A DNA stretch of 64,000 nt from Vicugna vicugna (lineage: Eukaryota): positions 496,001 to 560,000 of the forward strand of contig MU060017.1 in NCBI GenBank assembly GCA_013265495.1, written 5' to 3'. Shown here piece by piece: positions 1 to 12,504 of the stretch (the first letter of the stretch is position 1; every line of letters begins with the position of its first letter). The notes under the pieces were generated by a model. The model had not been told where the DNA came from. It saw only the letters and a program-made list of their open reading frames with translations, and made no database searches. The translations under genes were made by a program, and so were the position numbers.

Positions 1-1630
1 GGGTGAAAAAGGACTTTTGAGGGACGGGGCTATCCTAAATGAAAACTCTTCATAGGTGTATCACAACTGTGCTATCATTTATAAGACTGATAACTCTTCA
101 CCAACTAAAACTCATAACAGAAGTTGCCAAACACCTGAATATCCATTTAAAAAGCCCATAATATGGCCTCGAGTTATGATGTAAAGCTAAAAGATTTTGT
201 TACCTACTGTAAAAGCCACTGAAGCGAAAACTTAAGTAGAAGGTTGTTTATTGGGCAGTTGTAAAATGGAATTGAAGATTAAGCTGGGCGATATCTCTCT
301 CTTCCCCTTCCCCTCCTTTTGTCTCCTTTTTATGGCATTTTTTTTCCACACAACATTTATTGGTAACATATACGTCATCGTTGCAAATAGGACCCAAGGT
401 CTTGCTTTTTACTATTGACCTGTCACTGTGCTGTTTCAGCTGCTGGCCGCCCCCCACCCACCCCTAGCTATTCAGTCTCGTGTGTCAACGAAGCATTTGT
501 GTTCGCAAGGTGGAAAAGGAGCCGCTTCTTTGTTTCTTTTCACTGTTCCACTTTGATTTTGTTCCCCTTTTAAAGATGATTACACAGAGACCTGCCACTC
601 AGGAGCATAAACATCACCCTCTTCTATGCGTCTTGAGTACCTGGAATTCCACCGCCCCGGGAATGTCCTGCTTGTCTTTCATGCATTTGGTTGAAATGTC
701 AATTTCACCGTTAAAGAATTCTTAAGAAAAGCCTCATCCCTAAGTGTACTTGAAGTGGATGTAATTACCTTTAACAACCTTCTCATATTTTCCTTTGAGA
801 GGATTCTGAAAATAAAGAAAAGATTCAGTCAATAAATAAATGCAGTTGGTGAACCTACCCATCTCCCAGTGATGCTCCACACAGGGATACCCCCAGAAAG
901 TGTCAAAAATGAGATGTCTTGTTCATGCAGTGTGTTTGGAACGTTCCAGAGCACCATGCTACCTTCATAGACCCCAGAATGAAAGGAGCAATACCAGACC
1001 CTTTATGAAACCTGTTAAATCAGAACTATGAAGGAATCCTGTTATGACACAGGAAAGCCTACAGTCCACCTTTATTTAATTAGCTATTTGGGTGTGTGAA
1101 TATAAGGCTTTATATCAGTTTTTCAGTTTACATAACTTTTATAAAGTGAAATCAAAGTGTCCCGGAAAGAAAGATGGATATTTTATGAACCTTATTGCAT
1201 CCCCCATGTGTTCAGTCATAATATCTGAAAGGCCTGTGTCATTGCCTGTTCCATATGGTTGATAATACACAGTAAACAAAATAAGCAAATATTTCCAGAT
1301 TAAAACATTTTTAAACAGCTTTAAAAATAGGCTTCTTTATTGCAGGAATTCTTTCAGAGTCTTTACTATGTTAATATGTGTTATAAATCTCCACTAGGGG
1401 TATAAAATATATTGCTTTCCAAACTTATTTCACCAGGGAACTGCTTTCTGCTGGGCATCTTTTGAGGCCAGTGTTCCATGCATCATACTTTCTTCTTGTT
1501 TTAGAGGGAGCTGAAGGTGAGACTCAATAGTAGGTATGCGGAGACTTATTTACCTAGAGTACTGAGCATTATAGACATGTACCCTGCCTGGTGCGTCTAT
1601 ATATATGTGTGGGTATGTTTATGTAAGGGG

Positions 1631-1709
1631 GTGTGTGTGTGTGAGAGAGGGAGAGAGAGAGACAGAGGCAGAGACAGAGACAGAGAAAGGAAGAGACAGA
1701 GTAGAGAGG
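1631..1709. repeat. Compound microsatellite (GT)n-(GA)n-(GAGACA)n
   Basis: gtgtgtgtgtgt followed by gagagagggagagagagagacagaggcagagacagagacagag, read directly from the sequence. Confidence 0.9.
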
Positions 1710-2894
1710 ATAGCCCCGTCCCTCAAAAGTCCTTTTTCACCCATGTAAATCCATTTTGAAACGATGTTTCTGAAGGCCCAGGTAAACTAGAGAGACAGAG
1801 TAGAGAGAAGGGAGAAAAATGAAAGATTAATTGGCTTAGACTCGGGTCACCTGGTTGTTTGAAACAAGGACTCATTTAACATTTCTGCTGCGTGGATGTA
1901 ATGCATATGTGTGTTTTTGCTTCCCTACTGCAACACTAAGTGTAGCTGTTTCACAACTCTAGGGCCTGACATTTAATCATTAATGGGTGAATTAATAAAT
2001 GTGTGAATGAAGGCCTCAAAGATTCTGTTTTTGGGTGTATGTTTTCCTGATATTTTTTGAAGTGTCTTCGTGTGAGGGTTTGTCCTGAGGACTCCTGGAT
2101 GCCACCTGAGGACAGTTATTGTGAATGTTTACAAGGCTGAGTCTCCAGTGTCTATCTCAGGCAAGATTCCAAGGTGGAAGAACAAGAAAACTCGTTTTCA
2201 TTGTGTTTTGCCAAAACCTACTAGGTTTTGAGTGCAAAACCAATTTCAAACAGATAGGTAAATATCTGATTGTCCCTTCTGAGCAGTACATGCACTTAAG
2301 CCTGTTGATAACATATTATTCTGATACAAAAACATTTCCCAAAGCATATTTGAATTGTAGGTATAATATGATAATACATTTTAAAGCTTTTTCTCAATCG
2401 GATTCTACTTCTGATTTTTTATTAAAATATTTAATAAAACTTTTATGCCTTTAATAGCTATTAAATTAAAATAATCATGTTTTTATTTATATAATTATAT
2501 AATTTTTAACATCAATTTTTTTAATTCTCTCAGTGTATCTTAGTGAGCTGGGATTTGTTTTTCTAATAGGCTACTTGCAAGAATGTAGGAAGACAAGTGT
2601 GTCCACACCTCCAGGCGTACATTCGTCTTCTGTGATCAATTTACAACTTGTCTGTTACTCAGTGGAAATCTTATGAGTAGATTAGAGCTAGTTTCTTGAA
2701 TTGTCATATCTGAGAAGTCTGAAACTTAATTACATGGAAAGGACACATTTCCTCTGCTTTACAGAAACACCACATCTAGTTATGATGAAAAACAGTCATT
2801 CTCTAGACAGTTAAAAAGCTAAGACCACTGGAAAGTGCTTACAATGCAATGAAAAGTAAAACAGCAAGACACAAAACTCCACGAGGAAAGACTC

Positions 2895-3042
2895 CATTGT
2901 GCATAGGAAGACAATGAAAGTATACCAAAATGCTAATGAGATCATCATTGGCTGATGGGTCTATGAACAATTTCTATTGTTTTTCTTACACTTTTTCTTA
3001 TATTCCAAATTTCTACAACAAGCTATTGTGACTCAGAAAACA
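2895..3042 (+). mobile_element. Old L1 (L1ME-like) 3' end fragment
   Basis: aaagtataccaaaatgctaa...tttctattgtttttcttacactttttcttatattccaaatttctacaa resembles the ancient L1M 3' UTR terminus. Confidence 0.5.
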
Positions 3043-4546
3043 AGTATTATGAGTAAATATTCAGCTCTTCCTTTCCCTGCTCAATGTCACTGCTCTCTTC
3101 CTTCGGCCTAGCAAAAAAGTCAGTGAACCCATTGTATGTAACTAGAAGTACTTTTGCACCTCTGCACAAAGTAGACTCTGGCTAAAAAGCATTTTAAAAG
3201 AGCACTAAATATCTGTAGATGCACAAGAAGAAAGGGGGAGATGTTAGGTAGCGTTCCATCAATTTGACCCTAGTGAACTTATTTCCTATAAAAGCATATG
3301 ACTTCATTTTTGTTAAAATATATAATTCATACAGGGGTGTAAAGGAGAAACTGGATTGTTTTCCAGTGTGAGAAAGTTGGATGGAACATGAAGTTACACA
3401 GAAAGAATGCTTAATGACAATGATTTTATGAAGGCTAAGATCCAAACTGGGAAAAGAAAAGATTTCTGAATATTTATCCCTCTGTCCAGATAAGAGGGAA
3501 CTATAGTTTATAAACAAACTGCTGTTGTAAAGAAGTTTGCCAAACATTTCTTTCACATATATACATGCTAATGTTATATGTCTAATCAGCTCTTACTCAC
3601 TTCCTCACAATTGTGGCCAATTAACCATGCTTTAACACACTTAGTTTAAAATTATTTTTTACTTAATTCTGATGATGTTTTTATATCTTATGTTCTAAAA
3701 TAGGGCAGCCAATGAATAAATATACATACATATAGAGAGAGAGACACATCTTCAGATTTATTGAAAAATCTCTTATGAAACCTAGGTGGAAAGATTTTTT
3801 TTTTAAAGCTTTAGAAATAATATGTAAAGTGCTTTTTAAGGAAGTTCATGATAAGGGCAGTACACTTGTGATGGGGGAATGGTTTCCATTTAAAAGAAAG
3901 GGTATTAAGCTTTCCCCTTGCTGACCCTGCCTCTTCCCTCTGGTAACTACTTTATATCATGAGATGCAGTCAGCAGAGGCCCCATCAGATGCATGGTATG
4001 CCATCGATTTTTTAAAAATAGTGTTATGGGGATTACAGCTGTAAGGCGCATTAGATCTCTAATGCCAAAGCAGGATTGGTTCATCTAGTTCGCTCCTAAA
4101 TTTATGTTTAAACGACCCCGATATTGTACTTTCATCAGATCCCCCGAGATCCAGCCTTAGTAGGGCAATGCCCCATCATTCAGCTCAAGACATTGTTGAC
4201 TGGATATCTGGTGTCTGGTGTCGCTGAAAAATAATCAGGGTGATCTCATCCTAAAAACACAAGCTTAGAATAAGAATGAGAAAAGATTACTATTGCCAGT
4301 GCATTCAATTTCACAAACTTACATATCTTGGTCTTCAGTGCAAATTCTTTATGTCTGGTGTAGTGAGAAGGCTGGAAGAAACGTGAATGGCATATCCTTT
4401 ACAAGATGTTGGGTAAAGCTAGAAATGATTAGGAAACTTATTTTGGAACAGATTGATTTTTCATTGACAACTATTCAAAGCTGAAAGAGTACTGGGCAGA
4501 TAAATGTAAATATGCAGAGAAAATCCCTTCTACTGAAGTGTGCTTG

Positions 4547-4846
4547 NNNNNNNNNNNNNNNNNNNNNNNNNNNNNNNNNNNNNNNNNNNNNNNNNNNNNN
4601 NNNNNNNNNNNNNNNNNNNNNNNNNNNNNNNNNNNNNNNNNNNNNNNNNNNNNNNNNNNNNNNNNNNNNNNNNNNNNNNNNNNNNNNNNNNNNNNNNNNN
4701 NNNNNNNNNNNNNNNNNNNNNNNNNNNNNNNNNNNNNNNNNNNNNNNNNNNNNNNNNNNNNNNNNNNNNNNNNNNNNNNNNNNNNNNNNNNNNNNNNNNN
4801 NNNNNNNNNNNNNNNNNNNNNNNNNNNNNNNNNNNNNNNNNNNNNN
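4547..4846. other. Assembly gap (300 N)
   Basis: Run of N. Confidence 1.
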
Positions 4847-5882
4847 AAATTGGCAACTCATGAAATGGCTAAAAATAGAGTTCAAATTCCCAGATGGTAA
4901 AGGGTGAAGATCAACTATGATGGGGGAAAAAGCCACTCTACGATGCACAGGAAATGTGAAACCAAATTACATATCCAGCAACATTCAGCTTAGAAGACTC
5001 TCAAGTGTGTGACAATTATATTTAAAAGAATGAGAAAGTTACATGATATTTGAAAGCATTTAACCTGCTGCTAAATACACTTTTTCCTGATTTCCTAAGA
5101 TAGGCTGCAGTAGACAAACTGGGAAACCAGGCAAGAGTCCTGATAGAAAACACATATCAATCTCTGTCATGTAAACACCTCTGAGTGAAATTCATTTCTG
5201 CACAAACAAATAACTTTGCCCCTCTGAGTTGTATCCAAGACATGACGAAAAATGAGTACTCTGGAAGCATTTGCAGAGGCATTTTCATGTCATAGATCTT
5301 CAAATGATGGAAAGGGGAATTAAGACCTTATTCCATTTGTAATTAGATCACAGGGAACAGATGGTGATGGCTTTGCACTGAGTAGGAGGATGTGACCATT
5401 TAAGTAAACAAAGGAAAAAGGAGTGTTCACTTCATTTTTCATTCTTGGAATTTCTGCAAGAAGAAAATGTTGTACTGGATCCTCTGCTTAAGAATAATAT
5501 GTGAGTCAAATAGAAAGGAAGTAAGCACATTCTGAAAGCTGTAAGTGGGGGGCAAATTCGCAGATAAAGGTGTCCTCTCTTACGATAATAGCCAGACCCT
5601 GCACAGAGCAGCCTCTGGCCCCTGGAGCCCAGATTCCAGCAGCTCTCTGGTAAGGCTCTTCTCCAAGGCCGTGCAGTTCCTCCAGGGTGGTTGGAGATGT
5701 TTGTTCATATGGATACAGACCCAACAGCAGTCATGCAGGGTCAACACCTAGGATTAGGTTGGAGGCAGAAGCATTTCCTATTCTAGAAGCCCCTGAATAG
5801 ATGAGGGGAGTGGAGTGGACTATCCACATGCTCAGTGCGAGGACCCAGCTTGGTCACCAGATCACTCCGAGAGAATCTAGAT

Positions 5883-6243
5883 GAGCTCTATCCAGAAGGA
5901 ATACAATGTAAGCCACATATGGTAATCTAAAATGTTCTAGGAACCACATTTTAAAAAGTGAAAAGAAGTAGATACAATTACTTGACTACTGTGTATGTAA
6001 TTCAGTACAGCCACAGTGTCGTTTCTACTTGTAATCAGCGTAAGAATCATGAATGTAATATTTTTTTTCTACTTGTAATCAGCGTAAGAATCATGAATGT
6101 AATATTTTGCATTCTTTTTTCAAAAAAGGACTAAGTTTTCACAATCCAGTGTGCATTTTACACTTAAAACACATCTCTACTCAGACAAGCCACCTTTCGA
6201 GCGCTCAGTACCTGTTTGGCTAGCTCCATATTGGACAGCTCAG
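5883..6243 (+). mobile_element. hAT-Charlie non-autonomous DNA transposon, MER33-like
   Basis: Starts gagctctatccagaag...agccacatatggtaat...; ends ...acacatctc...agccacctttcgagcgctc...tattggacagctcag, matching the remembered MER33 consensus and its terminal inverted repeats. Confidence 0.8.
6022..6108. repeat. 44-bp tandem duplication (2 copies) inside the MER33-like element
   Basis: tttctacttgtaatcagcgtaagaatcatgaatgtaatatttt occurs at 6022 and again at 6066. Confidence 0.95.
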
Positions 6244-6904
6244 CCCTACACAGTGAGCAATAATAACAACCCCGCTTCGTCCCCCGCTGTGGTGGGGGTA
6301 CCAAGGCAGCACATACAAAAACCCCAATATGTGGCAGTCGCAGGGCCTGCGAGAAACAAACCAGGTGCTCATTATAAATGCCGGAAGAATTCGACTTACC
6401 TGGCAAGCACAAGCTTAGTATCCCAGGAGGACCTGCCCTTATTTTCATCTATGCCTAAGACTGTGTTACAGAACCACTTTATTTTCCCTGCTTCCAATTT
6501 GACATTTATATATATATGTACATATACATATATATGTATATCTATAAAGTCCCTATGTAAATTCAGAAGCCACTACAAGCAGCATTGAGAATGAAATTGG
6601 AATATTCTTTTGACTGCAAAACCCGATGTCATTCTGTGTATATAGAATGTAAACGGAATATTCAGTGTTATTGCCGTATATGTTAATATACATGAACTTT
6701 ATTACACTGTAATAGCCAAATGCATTCCCCCAGGCTTTTCTCTTTTCAAAAAAATTGAAAAACAAATCAACAACTCTATCTCCCAACAGCTGCCTAATTT
6801 TAGGAGTCTGACTCTCACATCTCACTAGTGTGGGTGCATAAGGCCGTAGTATGGGTGTCGTATGGGTGTGTATATATATATGTTATATATATATTTCCTA
6901 TTAA

Positions 6905-7045
6905 TATGGCATCATGATTATTTTTACAATATTGCCTGTAGTAGACTCTAAGGTTCTCGAGGGCACAGTCAGTGCCTTATTCATGTCACTTCCTGATGCA
7001 CGAGAGGTGTTCCATAAATATTTGCTACCTTGAATGAAAGAATGC
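6905..7045 (+). mobile_element. L2 LINE 3' end fragment
   Basis: ...agactctaaggttctcgagggcacagtc...ccataaatatttgctaccttgaatgaaagaatg, the typical L2 3' end with a tgaatgaa tail. Confidence 0.6.
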
Positions 7046-8424
7046 AATCTGCAATTCAGAGGAAAAAATACCAGGGTGCACGTATCAAGACAGAGCAGAA
7101 GTGAGAAGTGATGGAGAGCAAGAGAAACTGGGGAAATGGAGAGCAGAGGGAAGAGAGGTGGGGCAGTAGGGAGCAGGGAGACCGACAAGGTTGTAGAGGT
7201 GGAGGGAGGAAGGGAGGAAGAAATAAAGGCAACTTGGAAGGAAGAAGCTCATCCAGACTTACAAAGTTGTCTTCCCGCCATTTCTCTGCTGGACCATTCT
7301 GCTTTCAAGGACAAAGTCCATCTTTGTAATACGGGGATGGTTTGGTTTGAGAATGGGGATGGCAGTGGTAATATCTGAGTGTATGATTGCTTGACAGCCA
7401 TATTGATGTTTATTAAGAGAAAAGGTGACTCTGTTCTGGTACAACTACTTTATTAAAAAAATAAAATGAGACCCTTGAGCATCCTCTGAAGTGTTTTCCC
7501 TAGACCAAGTTACCATTAACACAAACCTAATCTAAGCATTTTTGACTATGTTAAATTAAGATAACTTAATTAGAATTCATTTCTTGACAGAATCAATAGG
7601 GGGAAAAGCATATAAAAATAAACTAATATTTTGGAGTTACATACAACTTTGAAAGTAGTACTTTTTTTAGAATTAGTAATATCAAAAGGAATACCTTTAA
7701 ACTTAAGAATGCAGCTATAAAAACTAAAAATTCACTGCATTTGTCTAGACTTGACATTATTAGATTGACATTTGAAGCTAATTTTCCCACTGAAATTAAA
7801 AAAAAAAAAACAGGACAAGATAAATCATGAGAATGAAACCTTGTTTTAAAAATTAGCCAGCAGGACCTCAAAATAAAAGAAATGGAGGAAGGAGAGATAC
7901 AAAGGTGAGAAAAGTTAAGAATTTTATTTCTTCTTGCATTTGATTTATCAGACAAGCAAAATTAACAGGATGATAGCAGCTTGTTCCTTGGGCGCCAAGA
8001 AAAATGTTATTGCTTGTCTATAGTGCTGGGACCCTGAGCAGCTCACCTCCCCTGCAGAGACAGTGGACACTTGTTTTCATAAATTAATTTACCCTAAAGG
8101 AAATTTTCTACCTTTCCATAGGATGGTTTTTGCTGAATAGTGTCCCTTCATCTTTATCTATTAGAGAAGCCCGGGGAGGCAGCAACTTTAAGAAAAAGAC
8201 ATTCTGGATCACACCATTCAAAAATCAGTCAGTTTATTCCAGCTTTCTCGTAGGCTTTCTTCTCCCATTGTAATTCCTCTTAAGCTCCAAATCTTCTTTT
8301 CATGATGCCAACCAGTAGTTTCTAATACAGTAAATTAAATTGGTAACATGGAGAAAATTCTTGCTTACTGAGAAGAACCATGAGCTGTTTTCCAGTATAT
8401 ACAATTTCATTTCTGATGTGCAGT

Positions 8425-8650
8425 AATAGCTAGTGCTTTCTGGGAACACACTGTGTGCTAGGCACTGATGTAAGTTCTTTATCTGAATCAACTAACTTCA
8501 TCCTCATAGCATCCCAGTAGGGAGGACGATTATTCTCATGATATGAGTGAGGAAGCACGTCAGAGGGCTGGGTTACTTGCCCAAGGTCACTGCTGGGAGG
8601 AGGTGGAAGCCGGGTTCGAACCCAAGCTGTACCAGTCCTCTACACTGCTT
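8425..8650 (-). mobile_element. MIR SINE
   Basis: Reverse-complement MIR core: gtgctaggcactg...catcctcatagcatccc...gttacttgcccaaggtcac...ccgggttcgaaccc. Confidence 0.8.
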
Positions 8651-9614
8651 TCCCTCATGGTTGGAATGAGGATTTGTGGGGACCGACCTGGTGCTCATGG
8701 ACTTGCCTACTTCATAGAGCCTGATGGACTAGACGTGAAGAAAAATCCCTCTCCCATGGTGTCCACCCAACCTGGTGGCACTGTGTCCAGGCCACAGTCC
8801 CAAGGGCTCATCAGTGAGTACAAGTGGATGGGTCAGTACCAGCTGATGCCATACTGAAAAAAAAAACAACTCAGCAAAATGGAAATTCTGCTCCCTCAAC
8901 AAATCCCATAACTCCTTGCAGACAGGAAATGTGTCCAATTTTTTTTCTTTTCCTTTGTGTTTTTTTAATCAGCTTGAGGGACAGACATAGTACCTGGCAC
9001 AAGTGAGTAATGAACAAGTGTTTGGAAAACTGAACTGATCTATGGCTCAACAGCATCATCTTTAATAATTACACCCTTAGATAGTATTAGAATTAGCTAT
9101 ATATTAAAAGCATAGATGAATAAGCAAACATGTGTGGTATCTGTTTTCATTTGCTGTGTTGTTAGTTGACTTTTCAGTAGTCTAGAATTTTTTTTAATAT
9201 ATGTTGCTATTAATTATAATATGAGTTTCATACAAAGAGGATAAAGAATAACCCAAGACATACAAATAAAATTCTTTTAAAATATCCATGAGGTAAGAAG
9301 GTTTTCTGGGTATGAATTATACTAATACTGATGGTACTTATTAGTTATTATAATGGATTATTCATTAAAAGTATAAATTTTTAAATGGTTCTAATTTTAT
9401 AACTAGAGAAATGTTAAAGTAGTTCAGTTTAAATAATGACTAGCTACTTAATTTGGCTTGCTTTCCTTGTAATTACAAAGTCAGTGCTTTCTTCTGTCAA
9501 ATTTATGTCTACTTCCTTAATTGAACCAGCTGCCATAGTTTTCATACAGATTCTTTTAAGGTTCTATCTGTCTTCTAAAAAGTTAGGAGGTATTTTATTA
9601 TATATCATCAGTGG

Positions 9615-9737
9615 TTTTTTTTTATTGTTTTTTGGAGGGGGGAGGATTAGGTTTATTTATTTATATTTAGAGGAGGTACTGGGAGATTGAACCCAGGGAC
9701 CTTGTGCATTCTAAGCATGGGCTGTGCCCCCCCACCC
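9615..9737 (-). mobile_element. Camelid tRNA-derived SINE (Vic-1-like), partially deleted head
   Basis: T-rich tail, then ggaggattaggtttatttatttat...gaggtactgggagattgaacccagggaccttgtgcattctaagcatg; similar flanks cagtg(g)tt on both sides suggest a target-site duplication. Confidence 0.85.
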
Positions 9738-10240
9738 AGTGTTATTTCAAAGGCTCAAAATTATTGGTGCGCTTATACCTATGGGAAAGACAGAGTCAAG
9801 TCAGTGAGTTGTTTTATATTACCTGTCTCTGGAAAACATGTCATCAGATGTTACTGCATTTTTAAAAACTGTACCACGTATATGGTGGAAATCTATCTCA
9901 GCTTCTGTCTGGTTTTGGTGAACATGGTATTATGCTTATATATGTGCACAGAAAATTTTAGACAGTGCTAAGCAAGAGTAGAAGCTGTTTTCCTAGTGTG
10001 AGAAAAGTGGCCTTCTGACTTGCTTCCTTACCCTAATCAGGACTTCCTAGCTTAGTCACTACCCACATGTTACACACCTGACTCCGAGGGCCTCTGCCCA
10101 TTTCATATTAGAGCTTAGATTTCTTCATCCCATTATTGATCTAAAATGTCTCCAGCTCTCGCGGGTAAAGGAAGAACATGCCCATGTGTTGCGTCAGATG
10201 ATTCCTATTCTTGAAAAGCTGTGTTCAATCTAAAATGACC

Positions 10241-10620
10241 TTTTCTTGTATTTATTGTCAGGCTAGCTTTACAGCCCACATTAAATTGGAGCTTTTGTGC
10301 AAGGACTGAAAAGCATGTTGTTGTGTGGGGGACGGCGCTCGCAGTGTGTTTGCTCAGGACGGCCCGCTATCCAGACAGCTGGCAGCGCGATCTGGGCGTT
10401 TGGCTGGGTATTCGTTGCTAAGTCAGCAGCAGAGGAAAGGCAGTGTGTCTTCACTGGGACCGTAGAGGAGGATGCACAAGTGGTTACTAAGAACACGTTC
10501 TTCTGTGGAGAGGGCCTCTGTGCTTTCATAGTCAGAACTGACAGCAATGTTAGTACATTTGAAGATGCTGAACAAGAACTTTTCAGGGTCCGGAGGGGTC
10601 CGCATGAGCATTTGGACTTT
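10241..10620 (+). promoter_or_regulatory. Candidate CpG-enriched promoter / 5' non-coding exon
   Basis: 13 CpGs in 10333-10602 in an otherwise CpG-depleted window; repeat-free; MARE/ARE-like TGCTAAGTCAGCA at 10416-10428; donor-like AAT|GTTAGT at 10549. Confidence 0.45.
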
Positions 10621-10957
10621 TCCCAGAAAAAAGTTTAATAATATTAAAAAAAAATTTTATAATATTCAGCATTTGGTTTTATTTTCATTTCAGTGATCCT
10701 TTGTGAAGCTATGTGTTTATAATGACAGATTCATACTGTATGTGGACTTTAAGGGAAGACTTTGAAGAAGGATTGACGATTATGTTAAGCTGTGATGACA
10801 GTTTTCTGGGAGTTCTCAGGAATGCACTTTATGCTGAGAAAAATGCTCAAATGGTACAAGATTAACTCTCTTAATTGTGTCCTTGTTTCCCCTATGTTAC
10901 TCTTTTTTAACCATCTATTGTTCATTCACTTACCTTTTCAAATTTGTACTCACATTA

Positions 10958-11164
10958 ATTATATTTCAATTGAAGTATAGTTGGTTACAATGTTGTGTTA
11001 ATTTCTGGTATACAGCATAGGGATTCAGTGAGATATATATATATATATTCCTTTTCGTTATAGGCCAAGGTATGGACTATAGTTCCCTGTGCTGTACAGT
11101 AGGACCTTGATGTTTATCTATTTTATATATAGTAGTTAGTATCTACAAATCGCCAACTCCCAAT
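10958..11164 (-). mobile_element. Artiodactyl-type L1 extreme 3' end (5'-truncated)
   Basis: attgaagtatagttggttacaatgttgtgttaatttctggtatacagcatag...ccctgtgctgtacagtaggaccttg, the reverse complement of the L1 3' UTR; similar to the copies at 35848 and 43301. Confidence 0.9.
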
Positions 11165-11640
11165 ATTAGAAGTTGAATATTAAAACCTTTTTATTTAAGA
11201 TAATAATAATAAATAATAATGTTTAAATTCCCCTGTGGTTAGAAAATGAAGCTCTCAAATTACCACTAATTTTCATGCTTGTCAGATTTATTCTGGTTTA
11301 AGTTCCGTGCACTATTTTTTTTTTTCAAAACCAAGCAACACATTTGAAAAGTATGATTTATATGATGAGAATGCCAGATTTTACTAAACCCAGTGAGTTC
11401 TAGTCACTGAAAATTATACAGTGACCTGCACAATCAGGGCAGTGGTCTAATAGTGGCCCTACTTAACTCTTTCACTGTCTGTAAACAAAGACCTTCTTTA
11501 CACCCTCAAATATCTGTTTACCCTTCCCAGAGGTGTTAAGCAACTATATTGAATTTTTTCCTCTTAACTGTCTCATCTTTCTCCTCTTCCATTCTTTTGT
11601 CATCTGAGTCTCATAAACCCCAAAACACCACAGCGGGAAA

Positions 11641-11817
11641 CAGGGCCACCCTCATGGGCATTTGGCCTGCACAGCCTCTATGGCCCCGCACTCAGGAGGG
11701 CCCCATGCTTGGTTGAATGTTCTGCTGTCAGCATCTTGAAATTCTTAGTCACTTTTGAACAAGGAGTCCTGCATTTTCGCTTTGCACTGAGCCCTGCAAA
11801 TCATGTATCCTGTCCTG
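11641..11817 (+). mobile_element. hAT non-autonomous DNA transposon (MER53-like)
   Basis: cagggccaccctcatgggc...ctcaggagggccccatgcttggttgaatg...catcttgaaattctta...tttgcactgagccctgcaaatcatgtatcctgtcctg; CAGGG...CCTG termini. Confidence 0.75.
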
Positions 11818-11904
11818 GGAGGGAAGGTACGAGGAAGAAGGCCCTGAGTCTCTCGCTCCATCATTGTGAGTTTCATTTTGGAGTAGCTAGTCACTAGCCT
11901 CTAG

Positions 11905-12080
11905 TGAGCAGTTTCCAAAAATATGCCAGTAAATATTTATGTGAGACACACTCACTGAAAATTGCAGATTCCTCAGCCTACAACACAAATGATCAGAATC
12001 TCGAGGGATGGAGCCCAGGAATCTGTATTTTCATAGACTTCCTGTGATTCTCGGTTCACTAAGGGCTGACGGTCTCTGGT
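11905..12080. mobile_element. hAT-Charlie MER5A-like element
   Basis: aaaattgcagattcctcagcc...atcagaatctcgagggatggagcccaggaatctgtattttcatagacttcctgtgattct. Confidence 0.7.
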
Positions 12081-12504
12081 GAATCACACTTCTGATTCAA
12101 CACACATCTTTCTGTTACTCCATATTGACTGACTCAAGACTGAAGGAGAGGAAACAAAGTAAATTCTATTACCTTCAGTACACTTTATGTTGCATTGTCA
12201 GAGCACAAAAATACTGATTTGTTCTAAAGAAAGAACTCTCTGTTCGGAGGAGGCCAGTGATGTCTTCATTTGGAGCTAGGCTACTACTTCTGGGGCAGTT
12301 TTTATTTTAATTTATTTCTGCTACCACTGTTAGAAAATAGAATATTTCGAGTAAGCAATTATGGGTGATCAAGCAGCTGTTTCAACCAAACATTTCTCCT
12401 GTCAGTGACTCGGCAAAGATCAGCTACAATGATGAGGATCATTGTATTAAAGTCAGCTGACCTGGCCATCAGTCATTGTTTGGAATAGAGCTTGGGCAGA
12501 CACT

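Noticed and set aside
4869-4878. Perfect MEF2 site CTAAAAATAG
   Set aside because: AT-rich 10-mer next to a gap with no supporting context; the same word also occurs inside the L1 near 34490, so it is at chance level.
10792-10837. C/D-box snoRNA-like pair (GTGATGA ... CTGA)
   Set aside because: Only 46 nt from box C to box D, with no terminal stem and no clear C'/D' boxes; too short for a typical C/D snoRNA.
10241-10860. Assigning a gene symbol to the candidate promoter/exon
   Set aside because: No coding sequence is present and I cannot verify any identity from memory; a BLAST search is needed.
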